DNA from: an uncultured Myxococcales bacterium | GTDB lineage: Bacteria > Myxococcota > UBA4151 | DNA length: 64,000 bases | Direction: 5' to 3' | Assembly (NCBI GenBank): GCA_964013405.1 | Contig: CAXGWI010000001.1 | Coordinates: 32,001 to 96,000 of the forward strand | In this document: piece by piece, positions 45,173-53,903 of the stretch | Position numbering within the stretch: position 1 is the stretch's first letter | Layout of the letters: each line of letters begins with the position of its first letter | Position numbers and translations under genes: made by a program | The notes under the pieces: model-generated | The model's database searches: none | What the model saw: only the letters and a program-made list of their open reading frames with translations | What the model was told of the DNA's origin: nothing

Positions 45173-47152
45173 CTGCAGCCCGAGAGCCCAGAAGAAAAAG
45201 CTGCCCACGAAGCGCAGCGCTATTTTATCGCCGCCCAGACCCGTAACGAACGTCGGATTTGGGCCGTCCTGGGGCCAATTATGCTCCTGGGGGCGATCAC
45301 GATCTACCTCATGTGGAAGTTTAGCGACCTCCCAACCTCTGGGCTCGTCATTTTCCTCGTCGCCGGTTTAGGGACCCTCTACACCTCATTACTGATCTTC
45401 TGGCGGGGGCCTATTTCCACTTGGCTCGCCTTCGTCCTGGTAACGCTTGAGGGCTGTCTCGCACCGGCAATCCTTTGGAGCGACGCTTCGTTCGACCTCA
45501 CCTTGGCCCGGGAGAGTTCGGCTGCCGGGGTTGCCTTCGTTGCCGTCGCACTCGCTGGACTTCGCTATCGCCCCTGGCTGGTCGTCTACGCAGGGCTCAT
45601 TGGCGGTGGTTTGACGGCCATCGGCTATCCTGTGTTCTGTCCAAGCGGCGCGAACGACGCCATCTTCTGTCACCCGGGCCTTTATTGGTGGCGGCCCATC
45701 TTCCTCCTCCTCGTCGCCTTCGCCGGTGCGCTGACCGTCTCTGCTGCGCTGCGAACCTTCGCCGTCACCGAGCGCACCATCTACGAAAAAGAGGAGACAG
45801 GTCGGCTCGCCGCCGCCAAACAACTGTTCTTAGCCAGTGTCACCCACGAGCTGCGCACGCCGCTCAACTCCATCCTCGTGCTCTCAAGACTTTTGAAGGA
45901 GTCGGAGGAACAGACCCCAAAAGGGAAGGAACAGGCAGAGGTGATTCACAATGCGGGCTCAAGCTTGCTCGCACTGATCAACGATATCCTCGATCTCTCC
46001 AAAATCGAGGCGGGGGCCATGGAACTGAGTCCAAAGCCAACGCACTTAGCCTCCTTTGCAGAAGCGTTAGAGTTGCTCTTCGAGCCAATTGCTCGGGAGA
46101 AGGAACTCGCTTTCGTTGTACGCAAAGTCGCAGGCACACCGAAAGAGATCGTCGTCGACCGTTTACGCCTCGATCAAATCCTTCGCAATCTCGTCGGTAA
46201 CGCACTGAAATTCACGGAAGCGGGTCGGGTGACGGTGATGATTCACCCGGTCGATGATGGTTGTCTCCAGCGACTTCTAGACCAAGGTCGAGCGGGCGTC
46301 ATCGCAGACAGCCGGGATGACTACGTCGCATTCTCTGTCCGAGACACCGGCCTCGGCATCAACCAGCAAGCACAACAGCAAATCTTCTCGGCCTTCGTTC
46401 AAGCCGATGCGACCACTGCCCAACGTTTTGGCGGCACGGGCCTGGGTCTCTCCATTTGTGCCCAACTGACCAAACTGATGGGCGGCGAGCTGGGTGTCGA
46501 ATCCTCTGAGGGCCTGGGCGCAACCTTCACCCTTCTGCTGCCCGTCGCCCAGCTGGATGCAGGGTCTGACACGCTCCTTGAAGAGGACGTAACCCTCATC
46601 GAGGACGCCCCCAGCGATCTCGCAGAAGACCTGGTCGAGATCACAAATCCTGGAACGGCAGCAACGACCCGAATCCGGGGCGAAGTGCTCCGTAGCGTCG
46701 CACTGACCAACATCTCGCCGGCCGCGGCCACCGCCGAGGAGAGCTCCACTTCAGTCGGTCAGTTATGGGCGAGCCCCGCAACCGAGGAGTCGAGTCGAAC
46801 AACGCCGGGAACATATCACGATAAAAGGGCTGTGATCGCCCATGAGGATATCCTGACAAATTACCGGGCGGCATCGGCCCTTGAGGCCCTAGGACTCGAG
46901 GTCGTCTCCCGGACCTCCGAAGCGGAGGTCAGCCCGATTCTCCAAAGGTCGGTGCCCCCGGATCTCCTCTTGGTCTCGCCCGATCTCGCCCATCTTGCGG
47001 CAGCTACCACGGCACCCACCATCTTGATTTGTCATGACGAACAAGCGGAGCCCCCCCTTCCCGATGGGATTGCCGACGTCCTCTTTGCACCGGTGGATGG
47101 GCTACGCCTAAAGGCTTTGCTCGATGCCCACTTGGCCGGGGGGGAGACATGA
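45173..47152 (+). CDS. Membrane hybrid sensor histidine kinase with a degenerate C-terminal receiver (start CTG 45173 or ATG 45281)
   Basis: FLASVTHELRTPL H-box, NLVGNALKFT, DTGLGI, GGTGLGL; 5-6 TM. Confidence 0.9.
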   Translation: MQPESPEEKAAHEAQRYFIAAQTRNERRIWAVLGPIMLLGAITIYLMWKFSDLPTSGLVIFLVAGLGTLYTSLLIFWRGPISTWLAFVLVTLEGCLAPAILWSDASFDLTLARESSAAGVAFVAVALAGLRYRPWLVVYAGLIGGGLTAIGYPVFCPSGANDAIFCHPGLYWWRPIFLLLVAFAGALTVSAALRTFAVTERTIYEKEETGRLAAAKQLFLASVTHELRTPLNSILVLSRLLKESEEQTPKGKEQAEVIHNAGSSLLALINDILDLSKIEAGAMELSPKPTHLASFAEALELLFEPIAREKELAFVVRKVAGTPKEIVVDRLRLDQILRNLVGNALKFTEAGRVTVMIHPVDDGCLQRLLDQGRAGVIADSRDDYVAFSVRDTGLGINQQAQQQIFSAFVQADATTAQRFGGTGLGLSICAQLTKLMGGELGVESSEGLGATFTLLLPVAQLDAGSDTLLEEDVTLIEDAPSDLAEDLVEITNPGTAATTRIRGEVLRSVALTNISPAAATAEESSTSVGQLWASPATEESSRTTPGTYHDKRAVIAHEDILTNYRAASALEALGLEVVSRTSEAEVSPILQRSVPPDLLLVSPDLAHLAAATTAPTILICHDEQAEPPLPDGIADVLFAPVDGLRLKALLDAHLAGGET

Positions 47153-47205
47153 AGAATCTGCGCTGCATCTTGACCCTCCGGCCTGCCTCCCCGTAGGGGC
47201 CAGAC

Positions 47206-48210
47206 ATGAAGATCAGTCTGATCATTCCCTGTTTCAATGAGGAGGAGAGCCTACCGCTGCTCATCCAAGAGATCGACGCGGTGATCGACGGTGAAGGACT
47301 GGATGCAGAAGTCCTCCTCATCGACGATGGCTCCATGGACGCCACCCCCGACCTGATCCGCAAGGCATCTAGGGCGCGCCCTGAGCGATATAAAGGCATC
47401 ATTTTCCGGCGCAACCACGGCCAGACCGCGGCCATGCTCGCGGGGATGGACCACGCATCAGGAGACGTTCTGGTGCCGCTGGACGCAGACTTACAAAACC
47501 CTCCTTCTGAAATCCCAAAACTGCTCGCCAAACTTGAAGAAGGCTACGACGTGGTCAGTGGCTGGCGCAAAGATCGACAGGACAAGGCCCTGACCCGAAA
47601 GCTCCCTAGTCGCATGGCGAACTGGCTTATCGGTAAAATCGGCGGCTTACCCCTCCACGATTATGGCTGCAGTCTCAAAGCCTACCGACGAGAGGTGATT
47701 CAGGGGGTTCGGCTCTACGGCGAGATGCACCGCTTCATTCCCATCTACGCCAAGTGGCAGGGTGCTCGCGTGACGGAACTTCCAGTGGAACACCGAGCAC
47801 GAGCGCTGGGTACCAGTAAATATGGTCTGAACCGGACCTTCAAAGTCCTGCTCGATCTCCTGACCGTCAAGTTCCTCGGCGATTACGGACAAAAGCCCAT
47901 CTATTTCTTTGGTGGCCTCGGCATGTTCCTTTGTGGACTTGGCACCCTATCCGCCATCGAAACATTGGTCGAAAAGGCGCTTTGGGGGGTGAAAGTCCAC
48001 ACCAACCCCTTCATCATTTTGGCTGTCTTTCTCTTTATCGTCGGGGTCCAAGCCATCATGATGGGCCTGTTGGCGGATCTGCAGATGCGGACCTTCTACG
48101 AGAGTCAGGACAAGCGGACCTACCTCGTGTTGGAGACCTGTGGACTTGATGGGGAAGCACCCGAATTCACCGAATCGCCGACACAGCAATTTTCACCAGA
48201 AGACGCCTAG
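47206..48210 (+). CDS. GT2 polyprenol-phosphate glycosyltransferase (ArnC/GtrB-like)
   Basis: IPCFNEEE, DDGS, DADLQN, GEMHRFIP; 2 C-terminal TM. Confidence 0.92.
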   Translation: MKISLIIPCFNEEESLPLLIQEIDAVIDGEGLDAEVLLIDDGSMDATPDLIRKASRARPERYKGIIFRRNHGQTAAMLAGMDHASGDVLVPLDADLQNPPSEIPKLLAKLEEGYDVVSGWRKDRQDKALTRKLPSRMANWLIGKIGGLPLHDYGCSLKAYRREVIQGVRLYGEMHRFIPIYAKWQGARVTELPVEHRARALGTSKYGLNRTFKVLLDLLTVKFLGDYGQKPIYFFGGLGMFLCGLGTLSAIETLVEKALWGVKVHTNPFIILAVFLFIVGVQAIMMGLLADLQMRTFYESQDKRTYLVLETCGLDGEAPEFTESPTQQFSPEDA

Positions 48211-50088
48211 ATGTGTGGGGTCATCGGCTGGATCGGCCAGCCGGGCAGTTCACCGAACGAAGCCTTGATCGAACGAGCGATGACTCGTCTGCACCATCGC
48301 GGTCCCGATGGTCGTGGTTATAGCGAACGTGACCATGTGGGACTGGGTCACACCCGACTGGCGATCATCGACCTGGCCGGCGCGAAGCAACCCATGGCCC
48401 ATGACTCCGGCTTGCGGATTAGCTTCAACGGCGAAATCTACAACTTCCGTGCCCTCCGCAATCGACTCGAGGGCCTGGGGCATCGCTTTGTGCTGAACTC
48501 GGATACCGAGGTCCTGGCTGCCGCCTGTGCCCAGTGGGGGCCGGAGGCGGTAGATCACCTTGAGGGAATGTATGCGTTTGTCGTCGATGACCCCGAGCGG
48601 GACCTGGTGTGGGCCGCCCGTGACCCCTTAGGGCAAAAGCCCCTTTACGCCTGCGATGCTCGCTTTCAACCCCAGGCTGCTTGGCTCTTTGTCAGCGAAC
48701 TGAAAGCTGTGCTCCCTGAGGCGGAGCGACGAGTCGACCGGGAGGCAGCACTTCGTTTTCTCACCTATGACTTCGTCCCCGACGAGGAGGGGATTTTTCA
48801 GGGGGTCCAAAAACTTCGCCCCGGTGAAGTCTGGTGCCTGCAACGATCCCAACCGGGCGAACCCCACAGGCGACGCTTCTTCCCCCTTCATCCCGGGGCA
48901 AAAATTGAAAGCACCGCAGACTACCTTGAAGGCTTAGAAACCAGGCTCGACGACGCTGTTCAGCGCCGTCTGGTCTCCGATGTCCCCCTGGGTGTGTTCT
49001 TGTCTGGTGGTATCGATTCATCCCTGATCACCGCCTTCGCAGTCCGACACCGAAAAGCGGGCGGTTTAAAAACCTTTGCGATCGGATTTGAAGAGAAGAT
49101 TTTTGACGAGCGACATCACGCGCAAGCGGTCGCCGACCATCTCGGCACGGACCATCACTGTCGCGTCGTCACCGCCCAGCATCTTCTCGACGTGGTCCCC
49201 ACCATTCTCAGCCATCAAGACGAACCCTTCGGCGACCCCTCCTTGATTCCCACCTATCTGCTGAGTCAGTTCGCCCGGGAACAAGTGACGGTGGCCCTCG
49301 GCGGCGATGGCGGAGATGAACTCTTTCTCGGCTATCCCACCTTCGTCGCGGAATCCTTGCGAAAGCCGTTTCGGTGGTTCCCTCGGCTCGGCTGGAAAGC
49401 AAGTGCCGCCGCCGCCCAACTCCTCCCGGTCGGTCAAGGGCATTACCCCCTCGATTACAAAGTGAAACGCTTCCTCGCTGGCTCGTCTCGCCCCCTTCCC
49501 GACCGGCACCAGGTCTGGATCGGTGGCGCGACCCCCGAGGTCCTCAGGCGGCTCGCCCCCGGCTTGAACGAGGAGGAGCTCTTTGCGCCGAGTCGACGAT
49601 CCTGGGCTGCGAGCCGTGGCGATGATTTCGAGCGCTTGACCCAGCTTTATGCCGAGCACTACTTGGCCGCTGGCGTCCTGCAAAAAGCGGATCGAGCATC
49701 GATGATGGTGAGCTTGGAACTTCGGGCCCCCTTTCTCGACCGGGGGGTCGTTCGCCATGCCCTGCAGGCCCCCCACGCACTGCGCATTTCCGGCAGACAG
49801 ACCAAAATTGCGCTGCGTCGCTTGGCCCAGCGCATGCTCCCCACCAGCATCACGGAACGCCCGAAAAAAGGCTTCGGCATTCCCCTGTCTGACTGGCTAC
49901 GGGGCCCCTTGCGATCCTGGCTCGAGGAACAACTGGATGCCGACCGAATCAAGCAGCAGGATCTGTTTGCGCCGAGTGAAGTACGAGATCTCTTGGCCGA
50001 ACACCTGCGCGGCCAATGTGACCACGGTAAACTCCTGTGGAATCTCGCCTGCCTCTCTGCCTTTCTGAGTCGGAGTCACTCGCCATGA
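48211..50088 (+). CDS. asnB: Asparagine synthase (glutamine-hydrolysing) / AsnB-type amidotransferase
   Basis: MCG N-terminus, HRGPD, NGEIYN, LSGGIDSS, GGDELF, KKGF. Confidence 0.93.
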   Translation: MCGVIGWIGQPGSSPNEALIERAMTRLHHRGPDGRGYSERDHVGLGHTRLAIIDLAGAKQPMAHDSGLRISFNGEIYNFRALRNRLEGLGHRFVLNSDTEVLAAACAQWGPEAVDHLEGMYAFVVDDPERDLVWAARDPLGQKPLYACDARFQPQAAWLFVSELKAVLPEAERRVDREAALRFLTYDFVPDEEGIFQGVQKLRPGEVWCLQRSQPGEPHRRRFFPLHPGAKIESTADYLEGLETRLDDAVQRRLVSDVPLGVFLSGGIDSSLITAFAVRHRKAGGLKTFAIGFEEKIFDERHHAQAVADHLGTDHHCRVVTAQHLLDVVPTILSHQDEPFGDPSLIPTYLLSQFAREQVTVALGGDGGDELFLGYPTFVAESLRKPFRWFPRLGWKASAAAAQLLPVGQGHYPLDYKVKRFLAGSSRPLPDRHQVWIGGATPEVLRRLAPGLNEEELFAPSRRSWAASRGDDFERLTQLYAEHYLAAGVLQKADRASMMVSLELRAPFLDRGVVRHALQAPHALRISGRQTKIALRRLAQRMLPTSITERPKKGFGIPLSDWLRGPLRSWLEEQLDADRIKQQDLFAPSEVRDLLAEHLRGQCDHGKLLWNLACLSAFLSRSHSP

Positions 50089-50921
50089 CACGGCTGCTGG
50101 ACTACGCCTTGCTGCTCGGACTCGCGGTTGCCGTGCTGTTGTCGGCGGCCGGCTTCATGCCGCAAGCCCCCGACCTGCCGGATTCAGCCTGGCTAAAGGC
50201 CGGTCGAACGCTGGCAAAAAGAGCCTCCCGGCAGGACACGATCCTCCTCAATAATGGGGGCTCAACTGAGGGGCTTGCTCTCTTGCGAGACCAAGAACTC
50301 AAGCCCTTACTCGCGCTTCCTGAGCCTCGGGGGCGGGTCCAAAAGCTCTGGGTCCTTGGGCGTCGGGCCAAGCCACCGGCCGGCCTCGATGCCTTTCATC
50401 CAACCGGCCCAGCCGAAGCCGTGGCGCCCGGTCTCACCTTGTGGTCACTGCAAAGACCGGGAGGCTCGACCCTTTGGCGGGCATCGGAGGCCCTCGAAAT
50501 GGCCGCGATCACAGTCGGAAAAACCCGCTGTTCCGGCCATCATCCGGCCGGTCGAAGCTGCCCAGGCTTACCAGATTGGATGCGCGTCACCCGAGAGCAA
50601 GTCACGATAAGCGGACGCAGTCACCACTGCCTTTGGGCCCATCCTCCTGCCCAGGGAACACCCCTGGTCATCGACTTCGGGCCTGTCCCTGAGGGAGAAC
50701 TTCTCTTACGACACGGTCTCTCGGATGCCGCCAGTCGTTCGGGGAATACGTCCCCGGTCGAACTCAGGATTTTTAGTGCCCATGGAGAGCGACTCCTGCG
50801 GGCCCATAACCAGGCTGGTTTCCAGGCCGAGCGCTTGGCCGTGAAGGGACGACTCAAACTGAAAATCCGGGCCCAAAAGGATGGGATGAGGCATTATTGC
50901 TTCAGCGCGGAGATCCGATGA
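50085..50921 (+). CDS. Hypothetical membrane-anchored periplasmic protein
   Basis: ATGA overlap; N-terminal TM; CLWAHP motif and paired Cys. Confidence 0.62.
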   Translation: MTRLLDYALLLGLAVAVLLSAAGFMPQAPDLPDSAWLKAGRTLAKRASRQDTILLNNGGSTEGLALLRDQELKPLLALPEPRGRVQKLWVLGRRAKPPAGLDAFHPTGPAEAVAPGLTLWSLQRPGGSTLWRASEALEMAAITVGKTRCSGHHPAGRSCPGLPDWMRVTREQVTISGRSHHCLWAHPPAQGTPLVIDFGPVPEGELLLRHGLSDAASRSGNTSPVELRIFSAHGERLLRAHNQAGFQAERLAVKGRLKLKIRAQKDGMRHYCFSAEIR

Positions 50922-52525
50922 GTGCCCGGCTTCGAAATCCAGCGCTGCTTGTGTTCTTCCTGGTCTTTGTGGCTGCGGCCCTCACCTTGCCAGAGGTGGG
51001 TGTTACGGACGATGACGACTTCTATTTGCCAGCGGGGCACAGTTACTTTCGCTGGTCTCGTCGGGTGGTGAGCGAGCCAAGCGCCGCCTTACGTCAAGAT
51101 CAACTGGACGCCCACTGGAGCCCGAACCGGGAGCATCCGCCGCTTGCGAAGTGGTTTATCGGGCTCGGCCGTTACCTAGGCCACGAGCTTTCCGGTTGGA
51201 TGCCGGCTCTCGATGCGGGCCGGCTTGGTACCTGTTTCTTCTTCGCTTTGGTCGTGGCGCTCATCTTCGCCCTCGCCCGAGAGCGACTCGGTCTAGGACC
51301 GGCCATTTTTGCGGCGGCTGCCTTTGTTCTCATCCCGAGACTCGCTTTTCATGGACGTGTGGCCACCCTCGATATGCCCGTAGCTGCCATGAGCACCCTC
51401 TTTTTCTTTGCCTTTTGGCGTCTGCATCGGACCCGATCGGCCAAAGCCATTTTACTCATGACCTTGGCCTTTGGCTTGGCCCTCTCCACGAAATTAAACG
51501 CCCCCTTTACCCTACTGGCTTGCGGGGTGTTTTGGCTGCTGGAAAGCCTGCCCGAGTTCCGACGAAACCGAGAAGGCATCCAGCTGCCTGATCTGCCCCT
51601 CTGGCTGCTGATCATCCCCGTCGGTGGCTTGCTGATTCAGGTGGCCCTGTGGCCTTGGCTTTGGCCTGATGTTATCGGCCGCTTCAGCGAATACGTCCGC
51701 TTCCATACCGGTCACTACCCGATCTACCTTTTCTATGAAGGGCAGATTTGGGAACGCCCATTTGCCCCTTGGCACGCCCCCTTTGCCCATACCTGGGCCG
51801 TGCTCCCCACCTCCCTCTTGTTTGCAGCCCTCGTTGGCTTTGCCGTGCTCCTGCGCCAGGCCTTTGGCTTCGAGCGCTTCGATGAACGCCCGGGCCCCGA
51901 TGAAGGGATGTTCGCCCGTTACCTTTTGATCCACGGCTTCATCGCCATCGGCACCGTCGCTTTTAGCCCAGTCCCCAAATATGGCGGCATCAAACTCTTT
52001 CTGCCCTTCTTTCCCCTCCTCGCCATCGCCATGGGCTTCGGGATGAAGCGGTTGCTCGAATGCCTGCCGAAAAAGCCGTGGGCGGTGCCTGTGCTCGCCG
52101 GCCTCTTGCTGTCGGGCGGTGCCATCGACAGTTGGAAGTTCCGGGGCCAAGCCCTCTCAAGCTTCGGGGCCCATGTGGGTGGTCTCTCCGGTGCTGTTCA
52201 GCGTGGCTATGAGCGACAATATTATGATGTCTTCGATCGCCATATGGCCCGTTGGCTCAGCGAGAACACCCCGAAAAGTGGACGGGTTTACTTCGAACCA
52301 AACCACAAAGAGTACGTCCGCAGCGGTCCCTACCTGAAGCGTACAGGGGACCTACGCAGCGATATCCGGCTGCGTGGGGGGCACCGGGCTGATATCGTCG
52401 TTCTCACCCACGAGCGGCGGTGGCGAACCTTCGCCGACCTCGCCGAGAAACTTAAGCACCGGCCCGTTCTCTACGAACACCGAGTTGACGGTGTCGTCCT
52501 TTGGACTGCCTTCGGTCGCGACTAG
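50918..52525 (+). CDS. GT-C (ArnT/PMT_2, GT39/83-like) glycosyltransferase
   Basis: TDDDDFY acidic first loop, EHPPLAK, ATLDMP, LSTKLN; polytopic. Confidence 0.85.
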   Translation: MSARLRNPALLVFFLVFVAAALTLPEVGVTDDDDFYLPAGHSYFRWSRRVVSEPSAALRQDQLDAHWSPNREHPPLAKWFIGLGRYLGHELSGWMPALDAGRLGTCFFFALVVALIFALARERLGLGPAIFAAAAFVLIPRLAFHGRVATLDMPVAAMSTLFFFAFWRLHRTRSAKAILLMTLAFGLALSTKLNAPFTLLACGVFWLLESLPEFRRNREGIQLPDLPLWLLIIPVGGLLIQVALWPWLWPDVIGRFSEYVRFHTGHYPIYLFYEGQIWERPFAPWHAPFAHTWAVLPTSLLFAALVGFAVLLRQAFGFERFDERPGPDEGMFARYLLIHGFIAIGTVAFSPVPKYGGIKLFLPFFPLLAIAMGFGMKRLLECLPKKPWAVPVLAGLLLSGGAIDSWKFRGQALSSFGAHVGGLSGAVQRGYERQYYDVFDRHMARWLSENTPKSGRVYFEPNHKEYVRSGPYLKRTGDLRSDIRLRGGHRADIVVLTHERRWRTFADLAEKLKHRPVLYEHRVDGVVLWTAFGRD

Positions 52526-52539
52526 CCCGTCCGTCGAAC

Positions 52540-53811
52540 CTAGGGTGAAACCCGACGACCACGAATCCACGTCCCAGCAATGTCCTGTGCGCTGCCGAGA
52601 ATGATGGCCGCAAAAACCTGCTCCTCAAGGCGGTCGCAGCGAGACCAACGCTGGGCCAGCCAACTCCCTTCTGGCGGCTGAAGCAGAATAAAATCCGCTC
52701 GCTTACCAGGCTCCAAACTACCGATCCTGTCAGCCATTCCAAGAACCCCCGCACTTCCCAAGGTCGCGAGGGACAGTAGATCTTCGACGGAGATGCTCGC
52801 CCCTTGAAGGCGCTGCACCTGATAGCAAGCCTTTAGGCTCTCCAGCATGCACAGAGAGGTGCCTGCGCCCACATCGGTGCCCAGCCCCACGGAGACCCCG
52901 GCCTCGCGGGCCCGCCGGAGATCGAAGAGGCCACTACCGAGAAAGAGGTTCGCCGTCGGACAATGGACAAGACTGCTCCGGCTCGCCGCCAAGGCCGACC
53001 ACTCTCGGTCACCAAGATGGACGCCATGGGCAAAGGAGCTTCTTGACCCCAGCATACCGAAGGACTCGTAAACGGCCGTGTAGTCTGCCGCTTCTGGATG
53101 AAGCTCTGCAACCCACGTCTGCTCAGCTAGCGTCTCCGCCAGGTGGCTTTGCAGAAGCGCCTCAGGATGCTGGGCTAAAATCTCTGCGCAACGGGCCATC
53201 GCCTCCTCGCTGCAGCTGGGAACAAAACGGGGCAGCAAGCCCAAGCGCAGGTCCGGGCCCATCAGGCCGATCAGGTGGTGACTAATCGCTGCACTATCCG
53301 CAGGCGTTTTCAGTAACTCGGCCGGCCCGTTGCGATCCATCCAGACATTGCCGGTCACCGCTGCCAGTTGGCGCCGGTTCAGTTCGGAGACCAGCGCTTC
53401 CATCGCCCCCTGATACGAGACGCCGAAGATGAACGCGGCCGTCGTCCCCTGCCGGGCCAACTCGTCGAGGAATTGCCCCGCTAAAGCCTCCGCATAGGCT
53501 TGATCTGCGCATTCGATCTCGGCGGGAAACGTATATCGCTCGAGCCAGGTCAGGAGGCTTTCCCCGTGGCTCCCCGCCATGAGGTATTGGGGAAAATGGA
53601 CATGGGCATCGACAAAGCCTGGCAGCAAAAGGCCAGAGCCATGATCGATCACATTCGCCGTTGGGTAGGCCTGAATCAGTGGCTCTGCGTCGCCCACGGC
53701 GGCAATGGAGCCCTCGCCATCTACAAGGAGGGCGCCTCGCTCAAGCCAGCGAAAGCCCTGCTCGGCGGTGGGGCTGACCACCGCACCCAAGTGAAGATTC
53801 ATCGGCACCAA
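52540..53811 (-). CDS. guaD: Guanine deaminase
   Basis: DAHVHFPQ, LLTWLE.YTFP.E, PRF..SC, SHLAE, NLFLGSG, GTDVGAG. Confidence 0.94.
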   Translation of the reverse strand: MVPMNLHLGAVVSPTAEQGFRWLERGALLVDGEGSIAAVGDAEPLIQAYPTANVIDHGSGLLLPGFVDAHVHFPQYLMAGSHGESLLTWLERYTFPAEIECADQAYAEALAGQFLDELARQGTTAAFIFGVSYQGAMEALVSELNRRQLAAVTGNVWMDRNGPAELLKTPADSAAISHHLIGLMGPDLRLGLLPRFVPSCSEEAMARCAEILAQHPEALLQSHLAETLAEQTWVAELHPEAADYTAVYESFGMLGSRSSFAHGVHLGDREWSALAASRSSLVHCPTANLFLGSGLFDLRRAREAGVSVGLGTDVGAGTSLCMLESLKACYQVQRLQGASISVEDLLSLATLGSAGVLGMADRIGSLEPGKRADFILLQPPEGSWLAQRWSRCDRLEEQVFAAIILGSAQDIAGTWIRGRRVSP

Positions 53812-53903
53812 TCGTGTCCACTCCTGCGCACCATCGACCAGTAAAGGCTAGAGGCAGGAGCTTGTCTAGATTCTCGACGAGATTTGGGCTCCTGAGAAGC
53901 GAG

